Assembly (NCBI GenBank): GCA_040768745.1
Contig: JAXGMI010000001.1
Span: 928,001 to 992,000, forward strand
From: Desulfomicrobium sp.
GTDB taxonomy: Bacteria > Desulfobacterota > Desulfovibrionia > Desulfovibrionales > Desulfomicrobiaceae
DNA: 64,000 nucleotides
Direction: 5' to 3'
The position numbers and the translations under genes are program-made. This document shows positions 52,906-62,857 of this stretch, in pieces. The notes under the pieces are model-generated. The model did no database searches. It was not told the DNA's origin and saw nothing but the letters and a program-made list of their open reading frames with translations. Every line of letters starts with the position of its first letter. Within the stretch, counting starts at the first letter, position 1.

Positions 52906-54708
52906 ATGGCCAAGCAAGAACACATCAGAAATTTCAGCATCATTGCCCATATAGACCATGGCAAGTCCACCCTGGCCGACCGGATCATGGAAAAAACGGG
53001 GCTCATTTCCGATCGGCAAAAAAAAGACCAATACCTGGACCGCATGGAGCTGGAGCAGGAGCGCGGCATCACCATCAAAGCCCAAACCGTACGTATTCCG
53101 TTCCGGTCCAGGAAAGGCCGGGACTATATTCTGAATCTCATCGACACGCCTGGTCATGTGGACTTCTCCTATGAGGTGTCCCGCAGCCTGGCCGCGTGCG
53201 ACGGGGCGTTGCTGGTGGTGGATGCGTCCCAGGGCGTTGAGGCCCAGACCCTGGCCAATGTGTACATGGCTTTGGACAATGATCTGGAGGTACTGCCGGT
53301 TTTGAACAAGATCGACCTCCCCAGTGCAGAGCCCGAAAGGGTGGCCGAGGAGATCGAGGAGGTCATCGGCTTGGACTGCACGGATATTGCCACAGTTTCG
53401 GCCAAAACCGGGCTGGGTGTGGAGGAACTGCTCGAACGTTTGGTGGAGAAGGTTCCTTTCCCCAAAGGCGACACCGAAGCGCCTCTCAAGGCGCTGGTTT
53501 TCGATTCCTGGTACGACTCCTATCAGGGTGTGGTTGTGCTTTTCAGGGTGCTGGATGGGCGGGTCAGAAACGGCCAGCGCATCCAGATGTGCGCCACGGG
53601 CAAGAAGTTCGAGGTCACCCGGCTGGGCGTCTTCTCGCCCGAGGCCACAGACATCAGGGAATTGGCAGCAGGGGAAGTCGGTTTTTTGTGCGGGGCCATC
53701 AAGGAGTTGAAGGATGCCCAGGTCGGCGATACCATCACCGACCCCGATCGGCCCACGGATTCTCCGTTTCCGGGATTCAAGGCGGTCAAGCCCATGGTTT
53801 TCTGCGGCCTGTATCCGGTGGAGCCGGCGGAATACGACACCCTGAAATCCGCCCTGGAAAAGCTGCAGCTCAACGACGCGGCCCTGTACTACGAGCCAGA
53901 GACCTCGCAGGCCCTGGGCTTCGGCTTCCGGTGCGGATTCCTGGGGCTTTTGCACATGGAGGTCATCCAGGAGCGTCTGGAGCGCGAGTTTCAGGCCAGA
54001 CTCATTGCCACAGCCCCCTCGGTCATCTACCGGGTGACCCGTACCGACGGGATGACCTTTGACATTGACAACCCGAGCAACCTGCCGCCTCAGGAAAAGA
54101 TCGCATCCATTGCCGAACCGTATGTACGTATGGAAATCCATGTCCCCAACGAGTTTGTCGGCAACGTGCTGGGATTGTGCGAAGAAAAACGGGGCATCCA
54201 GAAGGACATGCGCTATCTGACTTCGACCCGCGTGGTCATCAGCTACGAATTGCCCTTTTCGGAAATCGTCTACGACTTTTTCGACCGCCTCAAGTCCGTG
54301 ACAAAGGGATTCGCCTCCCTGGATTACGAGGTCATTGACTACCGAGAGGCCGATCTGGTCAAACTGGACGTGCTTATCAACGGGGAGCCCGTGGATGCCA
54401 TGGCAGTCATCGTACATCGATCCAACGCTGCCTATCGGGGCCGGTCCCTGGCCTTGAAGCTGAAGCGGGTCATTCACCGCCAGCTTTTCGAAATCATTAT
54501 CCAGGCGGCCATCGGCAATAAGATCATCGCGCGGGAAAGGGTCTCGCCCCTGCGCAAGAACGTCACGGCCAAATGTTACGGCGGGGACATTACCAGAAAA
54601 CGCAAGCTTCTGGAAAAACAGAAGGAAGGCAAAAAGCGCATGAAGCGCATGGGCAGTGTGGAAATCCCTCAGGAGGCTTTTCTCGCCGCCCTGCAGCCTG
54701 ACGAATAG
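52906..54708 (+). CDS. lepA: Translation elongation factor 4
   Basis: [68 protein letters not shown]. Confidence 0.97.
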   Translation: MAKQEHIRNFSIIAHIDHGKSTLADRIMEKTGLISDRQKKDQYLDRMELEQERGITIKAQTVRIPFRSRKGRDYILNLIDTPGHVDFSYEVSRSLAACDGALLVVDASQGVEAQTLANVYMALDNDLEVLPVLNKIDLPSAEPERVAEEIEEVIGLDCTDIATVSAKTGLGVEELLERLVEKVPFPKGDTEAPLKALVFDSWYDSYQGVVVLFRVLDGRVRNGQRIQMCATGKKFEVTRLGVFSPEATDIRELAAGEVGFLCGAIKELKDAQVGDTITDPDRPTDSPFPGFKAVKPMVFCGLYPVEPAEYDTLKSALEKLQLNDAALYYEPETSQALGFGFRCGFLGLLHMEVIQERLEREFQARLIATAPSVIYRVTRTDGMTFDIDNPSNLPPQEKIASIAEPYVRMEIHVPNEFVGNVLGLCEEKRGIQKDMRYLTSTRVVISYELPFSEIVYDFFDRLKSVTKGFASLDYEVIDYREADLVKLDVLINGEPVDAMAVIVHRSNAAYRGRSLALKLKRVIHRQLFEIIIQAAIGNKIIARERVSPLRKNVTAKCYGGDITRKRKLLEKQKEGKKRMKRMGSVEIPQEAFLAALQPDE

Positions 54709-54761
54709 CACCCAGAGCTCCCCAAAAAACCGCAAGCGCGGTCCAATACAGGTAGGTATCC

Positions 54762-55367
54762 ATGAATCCTCGTTGGCAGACAATGCTCAAGGAATACGCC
54801 GAAGCCCTCATTGTGGCGATCATTCTGGCGTTTTTTATCCGCTCTTTCGTGGTGCAGGCGTTTAAAATCCCGTCCGGCTCCATGCTGCAGACCCTGCAGA
54901 TCGGCGACCATCTGCTGGTGACCAAATTTTCCTACGGTGTGAAGATCCCCTTCACCAATGTGATGATTGTCGAACGCGATGGCCCTAGACATGGGGACAT
55001 CATTGTCTTCGAATTTCCCGAGGATCCATCCAAAGATTTCATCAAACGAGTCATCGGCGTTCCCGGGGACGTGATCGAGATCCGGGACAAGGAGGTCTTG
55101 CGCAATGGAGTGAAGCTGCAGGAGTCCTATGTCCAGCATGTGGACGCGGCCAGCACGTCAGTCCTCCGGAGAGATAATTTCGGACCTGTCATGGTGCCAG
55201 AGAACAAGTACTTCGTCATGGGCGACAACCGGGACGAGTCCTATGATTCCCGTTTCTGGGGCTTTGTGGAGCGCAGGACCATCGCTGGAAAGGCCCTCAT
55301 CCTGTACTGGTCCTGGGAACGTCTGACCAACATCCGCTGGGAACGGATCGGCCAGCTGGTGGAATAG
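54762..55367 (+). CDS. lepB: Signal peptidase I
   Basis: IPSGSM..TL..GD, FIKRVIG.PGD, GDNRD.S.DSRFWG. Confidence 0.96.
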   Translation: MNPRWQTMLKEYAEALIVAIILAFFIRSFVVQAFKIPSGSMLQTLQIGDHLLVTKFSYGVKIPFTNVMIVERDGPRHGDIIVFEFPEDPSKDFIKRVIGVPGDVIEIRDKEVLRNGVKLQESYVQHVDAASTSVLRRDNFGPVMVPENKYFVMGDNRDESYDSRFWGFVERRTIAGKALILYWSWERLTNIRWERIGQLVE

Positions 55368-55369
55368 GT

Positions 55370-56905
55370 ATGATCGCCACGGTCTCCACCGCCGCACTGC
55401 TGGGAATCGACGGATTCACCATCGAGTTGGAGGTGGACCTGGCCCGTTCGGGTTTACCGGCCTTCACCATGGTCGGTCTGGCCGAAGGGGCAGTGCGCGA
55501 GGCCAAGGAGCGTGTGTTTTCAGCCCTGAAGAATTCAGGCTTCAAGCTTCCTCCATCCCGCATCACCGTGAACATCGCCCCTGCTGACATCCGCAAGGAA
55601 GGGTCAGGCTACGATCTGCCCCTGGCCCTGGGTCTCTTGGCTGGGGCAGAGGTCATCCCCCAGGAACGTCTCCTTGGCCTTTACCTCGTTGGCGAACTGT
55701 CCCTGTCCGGGGAGCTGAAGCCCGTGCCCGGGGTTTTGCCTCTGGCCCTGCGGGCCAAGGAAGCCGGGGCCCGAGGTATCGTTGTGCCCGCAGCCAACGG
55801 CCGGGAAGCAGCCGTGGTCAAGGGGCTCCCGGTGTTCGCCTGCGAGACGCTTTCGCAGGTGGTGCGGTTTGTTCTGGACGAAACAGATCTGCTCCCCATG
55901 ACCTGCGATGTGAACACATTGTGGGGCGGACACCAAATCTTTTGGCGGGATTTTTCCGAGGTCAAGGGCCAGGAGCGGGCCAAGCGGGCCATTGAGATCG
56001 CCTGCGCAGGGGCGCACAACCTCCTTTTCATCGGTCCCCCGGGCAGTGGCAAGACCATGCTTTCCAGCCGCATTCCCACGGTTCTGCCACCCCTGACTTT
56101 TGACGAGGCCCTGGAGGTGACCAAGATCTATTCCGTGGCCGGAAAGCTTCCGTCAGACCAACCCCTGGTGGTCAATCGACCGTTCCGATCTCCCCATCAT
56201 ACCATTTCCGATGCCGGTCTCATCGGCGGGGGCCAGTATCCGCGCCCGGGAGAGCTGTCCCTGGCTCACCGGGGAGTTCTTTTTCTGGACGAACTGCCGG
56301 AGTTCAAGAAGCATGTCCTTGAGGTGCTACGCCAGCCATTGGAAGAAGGGCGGGTGACCATTTCCCGGGCTGCCGTATCGCTGGAGTACCCCGGTGACGT
56401 CATGCTGGTAGCGGCCATGAATCCTTGCCCGTGCGGGTATCTCGGCGACGACAAGCACCACTGCTCCTGCACGCCCATCCAGATCCAGCGCTATCGCTCC
56501 CGGCTTTCAGGCCCTCTCCTGGACCGCATCGACCTGCACGTGGAGGTCCCGGCCGTGCCCTACCGCGATTTGAAGCAGGAAAGCGGGGCCATCAGCTCCG
56601 CAGCCATGCAGGAGCGGATCAACAGGGCCAGGGAGGTGCAGCTGGCGCGGTATGAGGGCCTGCACTTTTCCTCCAACTCGGAGCTTTCGGGCAAATGGCT
56701 GGAACGCTTCTGTCCGTTGACGGAGTCAGAACACGCCTTTCTGGAGGGCGCAGTGCAGCGTCTAGGGATGTCGGCGCGTGCCTTCACCCGGGTGCTGCGC
56801 ATCTCCCGCACCATCGCCGACCTGGCCGGGGACAGCGACCTCACGGTCAGGCATCTGGCTGAAGCCATCAACTATCGCGGTCTGGATCGGCAGAGCCAAG
56901 AATAG
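55370..56905 (+). CDS. comM: YifB/ComM Mg-chelatase-like AAA+ ATPase
   Basis: VGL...AVRE..ERV, NIAPADI.K.G..YDLP, GPPGSGKTML, PFRSPHH, PGE.SLAHRGVLFLDE, AMNPCPCG, SGPLLDRID. Confidence 0.9.
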   Translation: MIATVSTAALLGIDGFTIELEVDLARSGLPAFTMVGLAEGAVREAKERVFSALKNSGFKLPPSRITVNIAPADIRKEGSGYDLPLALGLLAGAEVIPQERLLGLYLVGELSLSGELKPVPGVLPLALRAKEAGARGIVVPAANGREAAVVKGLPVFACETLSQVVRFVLDETDLLPMTCDVNTLWGGHQIFWRDFSEVKGQERAKRAIEIACAGAHNLLFIGPPGSGKTMLSSRIPTVLPPLTFDEALEVTKIYSVAGKLPSDQPLVVNRPFRSPHHTISDAGLIGGGQYPRPGELSLAHRGVLFLDELPEFKKHVLEVLRQPLEEGRVTISRAAVSLEYPGDVMLVAAMNPCPCGYLGDDKHHCSCTPIQIQRYRSRLSGPLLDRIDLHVEVPAVPYRDLKQESGAISSAAMQERINRAREVQLARYEGLHFSSNSELSGKWLERFCPLTESEHAFLEGAVQRLGMSARAFTRVLRISRTIADLAGDSDLTVRHLAEAINYRGLDRQSQE

Positions 56906-56968
56906 CAGGGTTGTCATGGCTTGGGCCAATGGCGTAAGCAAGGATTACGCAACAATAAGGAGTGAGCC

Positions 56969-58303
56969 ATGACGTCTATTTTTGGTGATCGGGCCTATAG
57001 AGGAGTGCTGACCCGTCGGGATTTCATTACGTTGGCAGCCCTGGCCGCCGTATCCACTGTTGCTGGGTGTGCCGCCAATCCCGTCACCGGCCAGAGCCAG
57101 CTCATGCTCATGAGCGAAGGAGAGGAAATTCAGGTCGACAAGGTCAATGCCCCTCACCAGTTTTCGGCAGATTATGGTGTGACCCAGGATGCAGGTCTGA
57201 ACGCGTATGTCAGGGGGGTGGGCATGGCCCTGGCCAGAAGTTCGCACCGCGCACATATGCCCTACCAGTTCAATGTGGTGAATGCGACGTATGTCAACGC
57301 CTACGCCTTTCCTGGCGGGAGCATCGCCATCACTCGCGGCATCCTGGCCGAGTTGGATAACGAAGCCGAACTGGCCGGGCTCATCGGCCACGAACTGGGA
57401 CACGTCAACGCCCGGCACACGGCTGCGAGTATGTCAAAAAGCAAGATCCTCGGCACTGTTGTCGGGGGTGTCTCGCTCATTGCTGGAGCGGCCAGCCAGG
57501 GTCTGGGCAATCTGGCCGGCACAGTAGGCGGCCTTGGGGCCAGCCTTTTCCTGGCCAAGTACAGCCGCGAGGATGAGCGCCAGGCTGACGAGCTGGGCAT
57601 GGAGTACATGGTCAGCGCAGGATATTCCTCCCAGGGTATGGTCGGACTTATGGATGTGCTGCGGTCCATGAGCAAAAGCCAGCCCAGCGCCATCGAAGCC
57701 ATGTTCTCTTCGCATCCCATGAGTGCCGAACGCTACGAAACAGCAGTGCAACGTTCCCGCCAGCAGTATCCTGACAAGCAGAAGCTGCCGCTCAACGCTG
57801 AACGCTACAAGGACTCCACGGCCTCTTTGCGCAGACTCAAGCCCATGTTCACGCTTTTTCAGGAAGGGGACAAAGCCATGGCGGCAAAGGAATACGCCTC
57901 CGCCCAGAATCGGTACGCGGAGGGGTTGCAGCATGCCCCCAACGACTACGCCGGTCTGCTCATGATGGCCAAATGCCTCGTGGCCCAGAAAAAGGGCAAC
58001 CAGGCTGCGGAGTATGCGGCCAGGGCAAGAAAGGCCTACCCGACAGAGGCCCAGGCCATGCATATTCACGGCGTGGCATCCATCATGAACAAGGATTATT
58101 CTGCGGCCCTGGTGGACTTCAGCGCCTACGAACGGGCCTTGCCGGGGAATCCGACCACGGTGTTCATGAAGGGTTTTTCTTACGAGGGCATGCAAAACAA
58201 ACAGAACGCGGCCCAGGAATACCAGCGCTACCTGAAGGCCGTGAACCAGGGTGAAATGGCCCAGCACGCCTATTCCAGACTCAAAACCTGGGGATATCTG
58301 TGA
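56969..58303 (+). CDS. M48 metallopeptidase lipoprotein with C-terminal TPRs (BepA/YfgC-like), Tat signal
   Basis: TRRDFI twin-arginine, VAGC lipobox, NAYAFPGG, HELGH, YSRE.E..AD, SSHP, TPR tail. Confidence 0.88.
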   Translation: MTSIFGDRAYRGVLTRRDFITLAALAAVSTVAGCAANPVTGQSQLMLMSEGEEIQVDKVNAPHQFSADYGVTQDAGLNAYVRGVGMALARSSHRAHMPYQFNVVNATYVNAYAFPGGSIAITRGILAELDNEAELAGLIGHELGHVNARHTAASMSKSKILGTVVGGVSLIAGAASQGLGNLAGTVGGLGASLFLAKYSREDERQADELGMEYMVSAGYSSQGMVGLMDVLRSMSKSQPSAIEAMFSSHPMSAERYETAVQRSRQQYPDKQKLPLNAERYKDSTASLRRLKPMFTLFQEGDKAMAAKEYASAQNRYAEGLQHAPNDYAGLLMMAKCLVAQKKGNQAAEYAARARKAYPTEAQAMHIHGVASIMNKDYSAALVDFSAYERALPGNPTTVFMKGFSYEGMQNKQNAAQEYQRYLKAVNQGEMAQHAYSRLKTWGYL

Positions 58304-58328
58304 TACTGGCGGGACACACAGTTCAGAG

Positions 58329-58360
58329 AGGCCATTCGGGAACGGGTGGCCTTTTTGTTT
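58329..58360 (+). terminator. Rho-independent terminator after the M48 peptidase gene
   Basis: AGGCCATTCG-GGAA-CGGGTGGCCT-TTTTGTTT. Confidence 0.65.
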
Positions 58361-58369
58361 GAGGGGTAA

Positions 58370-60721
58370 ATGAAAATAAAGATTCTTGTCATGGTTGCGC
58401 TATGCGCAGGCATTTTGTTCGGTAACCATGGATTGGCCCAGGAAGACCGGCCAGTTTCAGAGAGCGTCTCGGTCCTGTCCTCTTTTTTCCAGACCAAGGC
58501 CAAGGAAGTGGGCGATCTGCAGAGGGAAGCGGATGCGCTGCAAGAGCGGTTGAAGAGCCAGGAAGCGGGATTCAAGGCCGTCATGGATACGGCTCGCGAT
58601 CGCCTGCAGACTCTCGACGTAATGGCGCGCATGGTCAAGACAAACCCTTACGACATGCGTGTGGCCCTGGCAGAAGCCACATATCTCCACCTGAGCCTGA
58701 CCAAGGATTCCGAGCCCCTGATGGCTCTGGTCAAGGAGGTCGGGGCCATGGGGGTCACCGTCGGCTCCCTGCAGGAAGACTTGGAGCGCAAGTGGGCCGC
58801 CGGGCAGGACAGGATCGTGCGGGAGGACGTGCAGCTCATTCGCAAGGATGTCACAGAAGTTGCCAAGAAAATTAAGGAGTTGCAGGTCAGCGTGGAAAAG
58901 CTGCAGGCCCAGACGACCGAAATCCAGACCCGCACCGCTGAGTGGATCACCGCCTTCCAGACTCAGCTTCCCTTGATCTGGAAGGCGGAGTTTCTGGATG
59001 CAAAGGAGTTTCGGCTGTTGCCCACCAGAGGGGACGACATCAGCAAGGACCTCGTGGACTGGTTGACGAATCTGAAAGCGCTTTTTTCCAGCCAGTACGC
59101 TTCGGCCACCCAGGAGCACGGGGATTGGATCGGGATGCTTGTCCTTTTCTGGCTCCCTTTCGTGTTCGTCGGTTTTGCCGCCTATCGCTTTCTGAAAGGG
59201 GTTTTTGAAAACGCACATGCTGGCGGACGACTGGCCTCTGCTTTTGGCATCCTCTGGCTGTCCCTGGCCTTGTCCCTGCTCGCCGCCTTTCTGGCCGGTC
59301 TGGTAAAACAGACCTCCCTGCTGCTGGTCGCCACGCACGTGCTCATGCTGATGGGGGTGCAGGCACTGGCCTGGGTTTTCCGCAACGTGCGGGGAACTCT
59401 GCAGAAAAAAAGCCTGCAACCCTTACTGCCATTGGTTTTCCTGTCCACCAGCGTGTCCGTTCTGGACCTCCTGCGCCTGCCCCACTGGCTGGAGCATCTT
59501 TCCTGGGTGGGTCTGGTGGTGTTGAGCAGCCTTTTTTTCGGCATGATCCAGCCAAAGTTGCGGTACGAGCGCCTCATCCGCCGGGCGCACCCATACGTTA
59601 TGGCGATTCTGGTGGCCGTGGCAGTCCTTGGCTGGGGCAATCTGGCCATTCTGGCCAGCACTCTGTGGGGCGTTGTGGCTCTGGCGCTGCAACTCGGCAT
59701 TGGGGCGACGAGCGTGGTAAGGGTCTTGTTCGAAAAGCTGGACAAGACCGGCTTCAAGGCCCTGGTGGCTGACCTGGCCGTGACGTTCCTGACGCTCCTG
59801 GTTTGGCTTGTGGTGCTGCTTGGGATCATGGCTTGGATTTCCATCAATCTCGGCACCAACGTCGTTTACGAAAAGCTTTCGACCATGGAACTGAACTGGG
59901 GTGATTTTTCCTTCAATTTCCTGCGGCTGGGCGTCGTCATTCTGCTGTTTCAGGTTGTGCGCTCCCTGGCCATGGCCTGGAAGACGGTCCTGGACAGCGA
60001 GCACCTGCGCTGGAAGAATATCGACCACGGTGCGGCGGCTTCCCTGCAGCGTATCGGTATCTACTGCCTGTGGCTGCTGTATGCACTTGTCAGCCTGAAT
60101 TTACTGGGCATCAGTCTGACCAGCTTCGCGGTCATCGCCGGGGGCCTTTCCGTTGGCATCGGCTTCGGCATGCAGACCATTATCAGCAATTTCATCAGCG
60201 GCCTCATCCTTCTCTTCGACCGCGCCATCCAGCCCGGCGATGTCATCGAGGTGAACGGGGTCTGGGCCAAGGTCATGAGCGTCAACATCCGCAATACCGA
60301 GGTGCAGACATTCGAAAATGCCAAGATATTCCTGCCCAATTCGACCCTTATCGCCAACCAAGTCACCAACTGGACGCACCGCAACGATGTGCGCATCCGT
60401 CGCGACGTGGCCGTGGGCGTGGCCTATGGTTCGGATGTGCAGCTGGTCAAGCAGCTCCTGCTGGAGGCAGTCACTGAACATCCTGCTGTGCTCTCCGCGC
60501 CTGCGCCCTGGGTCATTTTCAGTAATTTTGGGGTGAACTCTCTGGATTTTATCGCCCGCTTCTGGGTCCGGCACGTGGATCTGTCCGCATCTGCCCCTTC
60601 TGAAATCCGGGAGGCCATCGATGCCAAGTTCCGGGAGAACGGCATTGAAATCCCGTTTCCACAGATGGATCTCCACGTCCGATCCGGGGAGGGGTTCGTT
60701 CGGATAAAGCGGGAGGACTGA
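58370..60721 (+). CDS. Large MscS-family mechanosensitive channel (MscK-like)
   Basis: Signal peptide, coiled-coil periplasmic region, multi-TM, GGLSVGIGFG.Q.I.SNF.SG, GD.IE, PNS.L, VGVAYGSD, GIEIPFPQ. Confidence 0.9.
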   Translation: MKIKILVMVALCAGILFGNHGLAQEDRPVSESVSVLSSFFQTKAKEVGDLQREADALQERLKSQEAGFKAVMDTARDRLQTLDVMARMVKTNPYDMRVALAEATYLHLSLTKDSEPLMALVKEVGAMGVTVGSLQEDLERKWAAGQDRIVREDVQLIRKDVTEVAKKIKELQVSVEKLQAQTTEIQTRTAEWITAFQTQLPLIWKAEFLDAKEFRLLPTRGDDISKDLVDWLTNLKALFSSQYASATQEHGDWIGMLVLFWLPFVFVGFAAYRFLKGVFENAHAGGRLASAFGILWLSLALSLLAAFLAGLVKQTSLLLVATHVLMLMGVQALAWVFRNVRGTLQKKSLQPLLPLVFLSTSVSVLDLLRLPHWLEHLSWVGLVVLSSLFFGMIQPKLRYERLIRRAHPYVMAILVAVAVLGWGNLAILASTLWGVVALALQLGIGATSVVRVLFEKLDKTGFKALVADLAVTFLTLLVWLVVLLGIMAWISINLGTNVVYEKLSTMELNWGDFSFNFLRLGVVILLFQVVRSLAMAWKTVLDSEHLRWKNIDHGAAASLQRIGIYCLWLLYALVSLNLLGISLTSFAVIAGGLSVGIGFGMQTIISNFISGLILLFDRAIQPGDVIEVNGVWAKVMSVNIRNTEVQTFENAKIFLPNSTLIANQVTNWTHRNDVRIRRDVAVGVAYGSDVQLVKQLLLEAVTEHPAVLSAPAPWVIFSNFGVNSLDFIARFWVRHVDLSASAPSEIREAIDAKFRENGIEIPFPQMDLHVRSGEGFVRIKRED

Positions 60722-60734
60722 TCGTATTTTATGG

Positions 60735-60771
60735 AAAAGAAGGCCATCCCAGAACGGGATGACCTTTCTTT
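60735..60771. terminator. Probable bidirectional terminator between convergent genes
   Basis: AAAAGAAGG-CCATCCC-AGAAC-GGGATGA-CCTTTCTTT. Confidence 0.6.
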
Positions 60772-61411
60772 ATTCCTGGCGTGGGGGTTGATGGGGCATA
60801 TGTTCCTTGCTGCGGAACAGGTTGAAGATAAAACGGAAGACCTTTTTCACGCCACTCCAGATTTTGGGCAAAAGCCAAATCATGAGGGCAATGAAGCACA
60901 CGAAGAGGGCCAGGAAAAGGAAGGGATGGTTCAGAGCCATCCACAGTCCGCCCACGACCATGACGTCCTCGCTCACCGAGGCGGCCCAGTTGCTGAAGGG
61001 CTCGGGGGAGGCGTTGATGACGATCCGGGTTCCTGATTTGGCTGCGTGGGAAACAGCAGCCACACCCCCGCCAACCAGGGCCGCAGCCAGGGATAGCGAC
61101 GGATCCACGGCACCAGCCGCTCCTGCCGCCAGCACCGCTCCTGCCGGGATGCGCACAAAGGTGTGCAGGGTATCCCAGCCCGTGTCCACCCCAGGGATTT
61201 TGTCGGCCACGAATTGAACAACATACATGAAGCCAGCGGCCAGCAGTACGGCCGGGTGGGCCAGGATCTGCAGATCCGGAGGAAGTTGTACGCCCCCGCT
61301 CATGCCCATGATGCCGAGCATGAGCACCGCTGCGTAGAGATTGATGCCGCTGGCCCAGGCCGTGCCCATGGTCAGGGCGATGATGGTGGCGACATGCGAG
61401 AGTTGGTCCAT
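60770..61411 (-). CDS. DUF4126 membrane protein
   Basis: AWASGINLYA, ADKIPGVD..WD.LHTF.RIPAGA, K.G.R..IN.SPEP.SN...S..ED; AGGAGG RBS. Confidence 0.88.
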   Translation of the reverse strand: MDQLSHVATIIALTMGTAWASGINLYAAVLMLGIMGMSGGVQLPPDLQILAHPAVLLAAGFMYVVQFVADKIPGVDTGWDTLHTFVRIPAGAVLAAGAAGAVDPSLSLAAALVGGGVAAVSHAAKSGTRIVINASPEPFSNWAASVSEDVMVVGGLWMALNHPFLFLALFVCFIALMIWLLPKIWSGVKKVFRFIFNLFRSKEHMPHQPPRQE

Positions 61412-61585
61412 ATTCACCTCCTGCTTGTTTCTCGGTGCTGTTCTTTTTTTTGTTCGTCAATCCCCAGTTTATAAAACCGTCAAGACAAACACCTGAATTC
61501 ATTTTTTGAACAGGCAATGAACAGAATTATCAGCCGCAGGGAAAATGGTTGATGTGTTCGCAAAAGTATTATTGCAATGTTCGGA

Positions 61586-61624
61586 TTGATATTAATATTC
61601 TGAAATAATAGAATAAAATATCAA
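61586..61624. repeat. AT-rich imperfect inverted repeat
   Basis: TTGATATT-aa-TATTCT-gaaataat-AGAATA-a-AATATCAA. Confidence 0.55.
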
Positions 61625-61946
61625 CTAGTGGGTGTCAGTAACTTTTATTGGGCAAAGCCAGCCGGATTATCGGCCCATTTAGGAACACACCAGCCGAGGC
61701 AGAGTTTTCGGGGATTACGAACATCAGCATCTGCGAAAATGTAACCTTGTGTTGGCGGGGGGGCGGGCCATTGAGCGGGCTCCAACGATCGCCGGCGCGG
61801 GTTGAGAAGAACAGGGACTGAGACTGTCGGAGTCTTGCTTGCAGGCGGGAAGACGTGCCGCAGTGTGCATGCCGAGAAGGGGGTCTGTTAAGTTCCTTCC
61901 ATGGATATTATATTGAATTAAAGGGATTAGTTGTGAACAGCACGAC

Positions 61947-62405
61947 TTATGAAGCCCATGTGAAGGTAAAAAGGCATGCGGGCGCCCCCTGCATGATGGT
62001 CCTGGAGCGGTACATGGACAGGTTTGGGCTGTAGCCCTGGGCAAAGGGTTCATCCCGGGAACAGGACAGGATGGACCCAAGTTCCGGTGCCAGGCCCATG
62101 TCAGCATAGGATTGGGCATAGCCGCAGGCCGTCACGGCGAAATGCAGGGCCGTCTCAGTCAGGCGGATGTCTTTTATATTCAGCGCACCTCCGTCCTGCC
62201 AGCGGTCCAGGACCGTGGCAAAATGGTGCAGGCTCGCTCGGCCCGGGGCCGTGCGGGCAAACGTTTCCCCCGCACATCGGGCGTCGGCTGCGATGGCTGC
62301 GACCAGGATCGCACTGGCCCGCTCAGTGCCGACCTCCTGTCTCAAGGATTCCCAGATGCGGGCGACAAGTCCGGCCTGGGCGATACGAATGGCAAGCATG
62401 TGCAT
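61947..62405 (-). CDS. L-2-amino-thiazoline-4-carboxylic acid hydrolase-family protein
   Basis: F.VT.C.YA..Y..MG...LG..LSC.RD.....GY.P......TIM.GA..C.F.F pattern. Confidence 0.75.
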   Translation of the reverse strand: MHMLAIRIAQAGLVARIWESLRQEVGTERASAILVAAIAADARCAGETFARTAPGRASLHHFATVLDRWQDGGALNIKDIRLTETALHFAVTACGYAQSYADMGLAPELGSILSCSRDEPFAQGYSPNLSMYRSRTIMQGAPACLFTFTWAS

Positions 62406-62449
62406 GGGGTCTCTTTGCTTTCAGATTGGAGTGGGATAATTGATACGCC

Positions 62450-62857
62450 ATGTTTCAGGGCCACTTGTTCATCAGCTGCCGGCGGCTGGAATGTCCCGGC
62501 CATGATCCTTTTCTGGTTGACGAGAGCAGGGCCGACTTGGAGTCATCCGGCCAGAGAATGCTGCTCTGTCGGGCCTGCGGCCAGCCCATCGCCAGCCCCA
62601 GGGACCGGATCGAGGTGGGCGGTAGACACATCCATGCCCTCTTCAACCCTATGGGCATTCTTTTCGAGGTCGGTTGCTTTGCCCAAGCCGGGGGGTGCGG
62701 CTTCGGTGGGGATTCCACCCTCGCCTTCACTTGGTTTGCGGGATATGCATGGCGTTTTGCCTTCTGCCGCCAGTGCTCCGTCCAACTTGGCTGGGAATAT
62801 CAAAGCCGGTCGGACAGGTTTGTGGGTCTCATCATGACCGAACTGCGTGAGTCATGA
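62450..62857 (+). CDS. Bacterial cereblon-family (CULT / thalidomide-binding domain) protein
   Basis: LLCRACG..I, H..FNP.G..F...CF, FTWFAGYAW....CRQC..QLGWEY, F.GL: two CxxC pairs plus the three-Trp cage. Confidence 0.88.
   Translation: MFQGHLFISCRRLECPGHDPFLVDESRADLESSGQRMLLCRACGQPIASPRDRIEVGGRHIHALFNPMGILFEVGCFAQAGGCGFGGDSTLAFTWFAGYAWRFAFCRQCSVQLGWEYQSRSDRFVGLIMTELRES

Noticed and set aside
61640..61720. GGGCAAAGCC resembling a c-di-GMP riboswitch
   Set aside because: Lacks the GAAA tetraloop/receptor architecture and has no downstream gene in that orientation.
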